A DNA stretch of 20,000 nucleotides, from assembly GCA_910592345.1 (NCBI GenBank), contig CAJVPI010000034.1, forward strand, positions 53,495-73,494, written 5' to 3'. The notes under the pieces are model-generated. The model did no database searches and had not been told where the DNA came from. It saw nothing but the letters and a program-made list of their open reading frames with translations. Numbering within the stretch: the stretch's first letter is position 1; every line of letters starts with the position of its first letter. The position numbers were made by a program, and so were the translations under genes. Source of the DNA: Paraglomus brasilianum. Lineage: Eukaryota. Positions 19,626-20,000 of this stretch are shown one piece after another.

Positions 19626-20000
19626 GTGTTGTACTACTCAGAAATCCATCACTGTAAAGGGGAAACGTGAACCTACATAACATGTGTCACTGTCAAACGA
19701 CAACGAAACATGGGTGTTTTGTGTGACCTCTTTACAAATATTTGTCACGAGAGGCTTACCTAAAGAATTATCAAATTCACTATATTTGTTACCAAAGTCC
19801 CTTCTCAATTAAACAAATATCAGATTTTTGTTTACGGTAGGATTTTTACATTTATAAAGTAAAAATCCATGTTCTGACCTGGGTCGAAATAAGCTCGGTC
19901 AAAGTACGGTTGGTAAACAATGCAATATTAATAATTAAATCTCTATTTGCTATTTATTTTACTGATTGTTATTTTTAATTATAGTAAGTATCTTATATTA

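Noticed and set aside
19743..20000. TGTCACGA and short palindromes possibly marking another transposon end
   Set aside because: No partner terminus or coding evidence within the window.

Overview
Eukaryotic, AT-rich, intron-dense DNA that looks fungal. The TPR family and transposon types are reminiscent of Glomeromycota/Mucoromycota, but that is inference only. Four protein-coding genes were reconstructed by hand with phase-consistent splice sites. (1) The 3' part of a multi-TPR gene (+, <1..1686). (2) A 7-exon peptidyl-tRNA hydrolase 2 (-, 2455..3594, 180 aa). (3) A 4-exon gene (-, 8582..10709, 623 aa) joining an N-terminal HARE-HTH-like winged helix, a basic/acidic low-complexity linker and a PP2C/PPM phosphatase domain. 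Its N-terminus is invisible in the ORF track and needs a 34-nt micro-exon and a GC-AG intron. (4) A 20-exon importin-7/Nmd5-Sxm1 family karyopherin (-, 11109..15870, 1047 aa). The two long intergenic regions (about 4.3-7.5 kb and 16-20 kb) hold decayed DNA transposons: a Tc1/mariner-type MITE, pogo/Tigger transposase tails and TIRs, and a Ginger-type (KRBA2/SCAND3-like integrase) element. The most notable observation is the winged-helix plus PP2C fusion. No database searches were possible, so family assignments rest on motif recognition.
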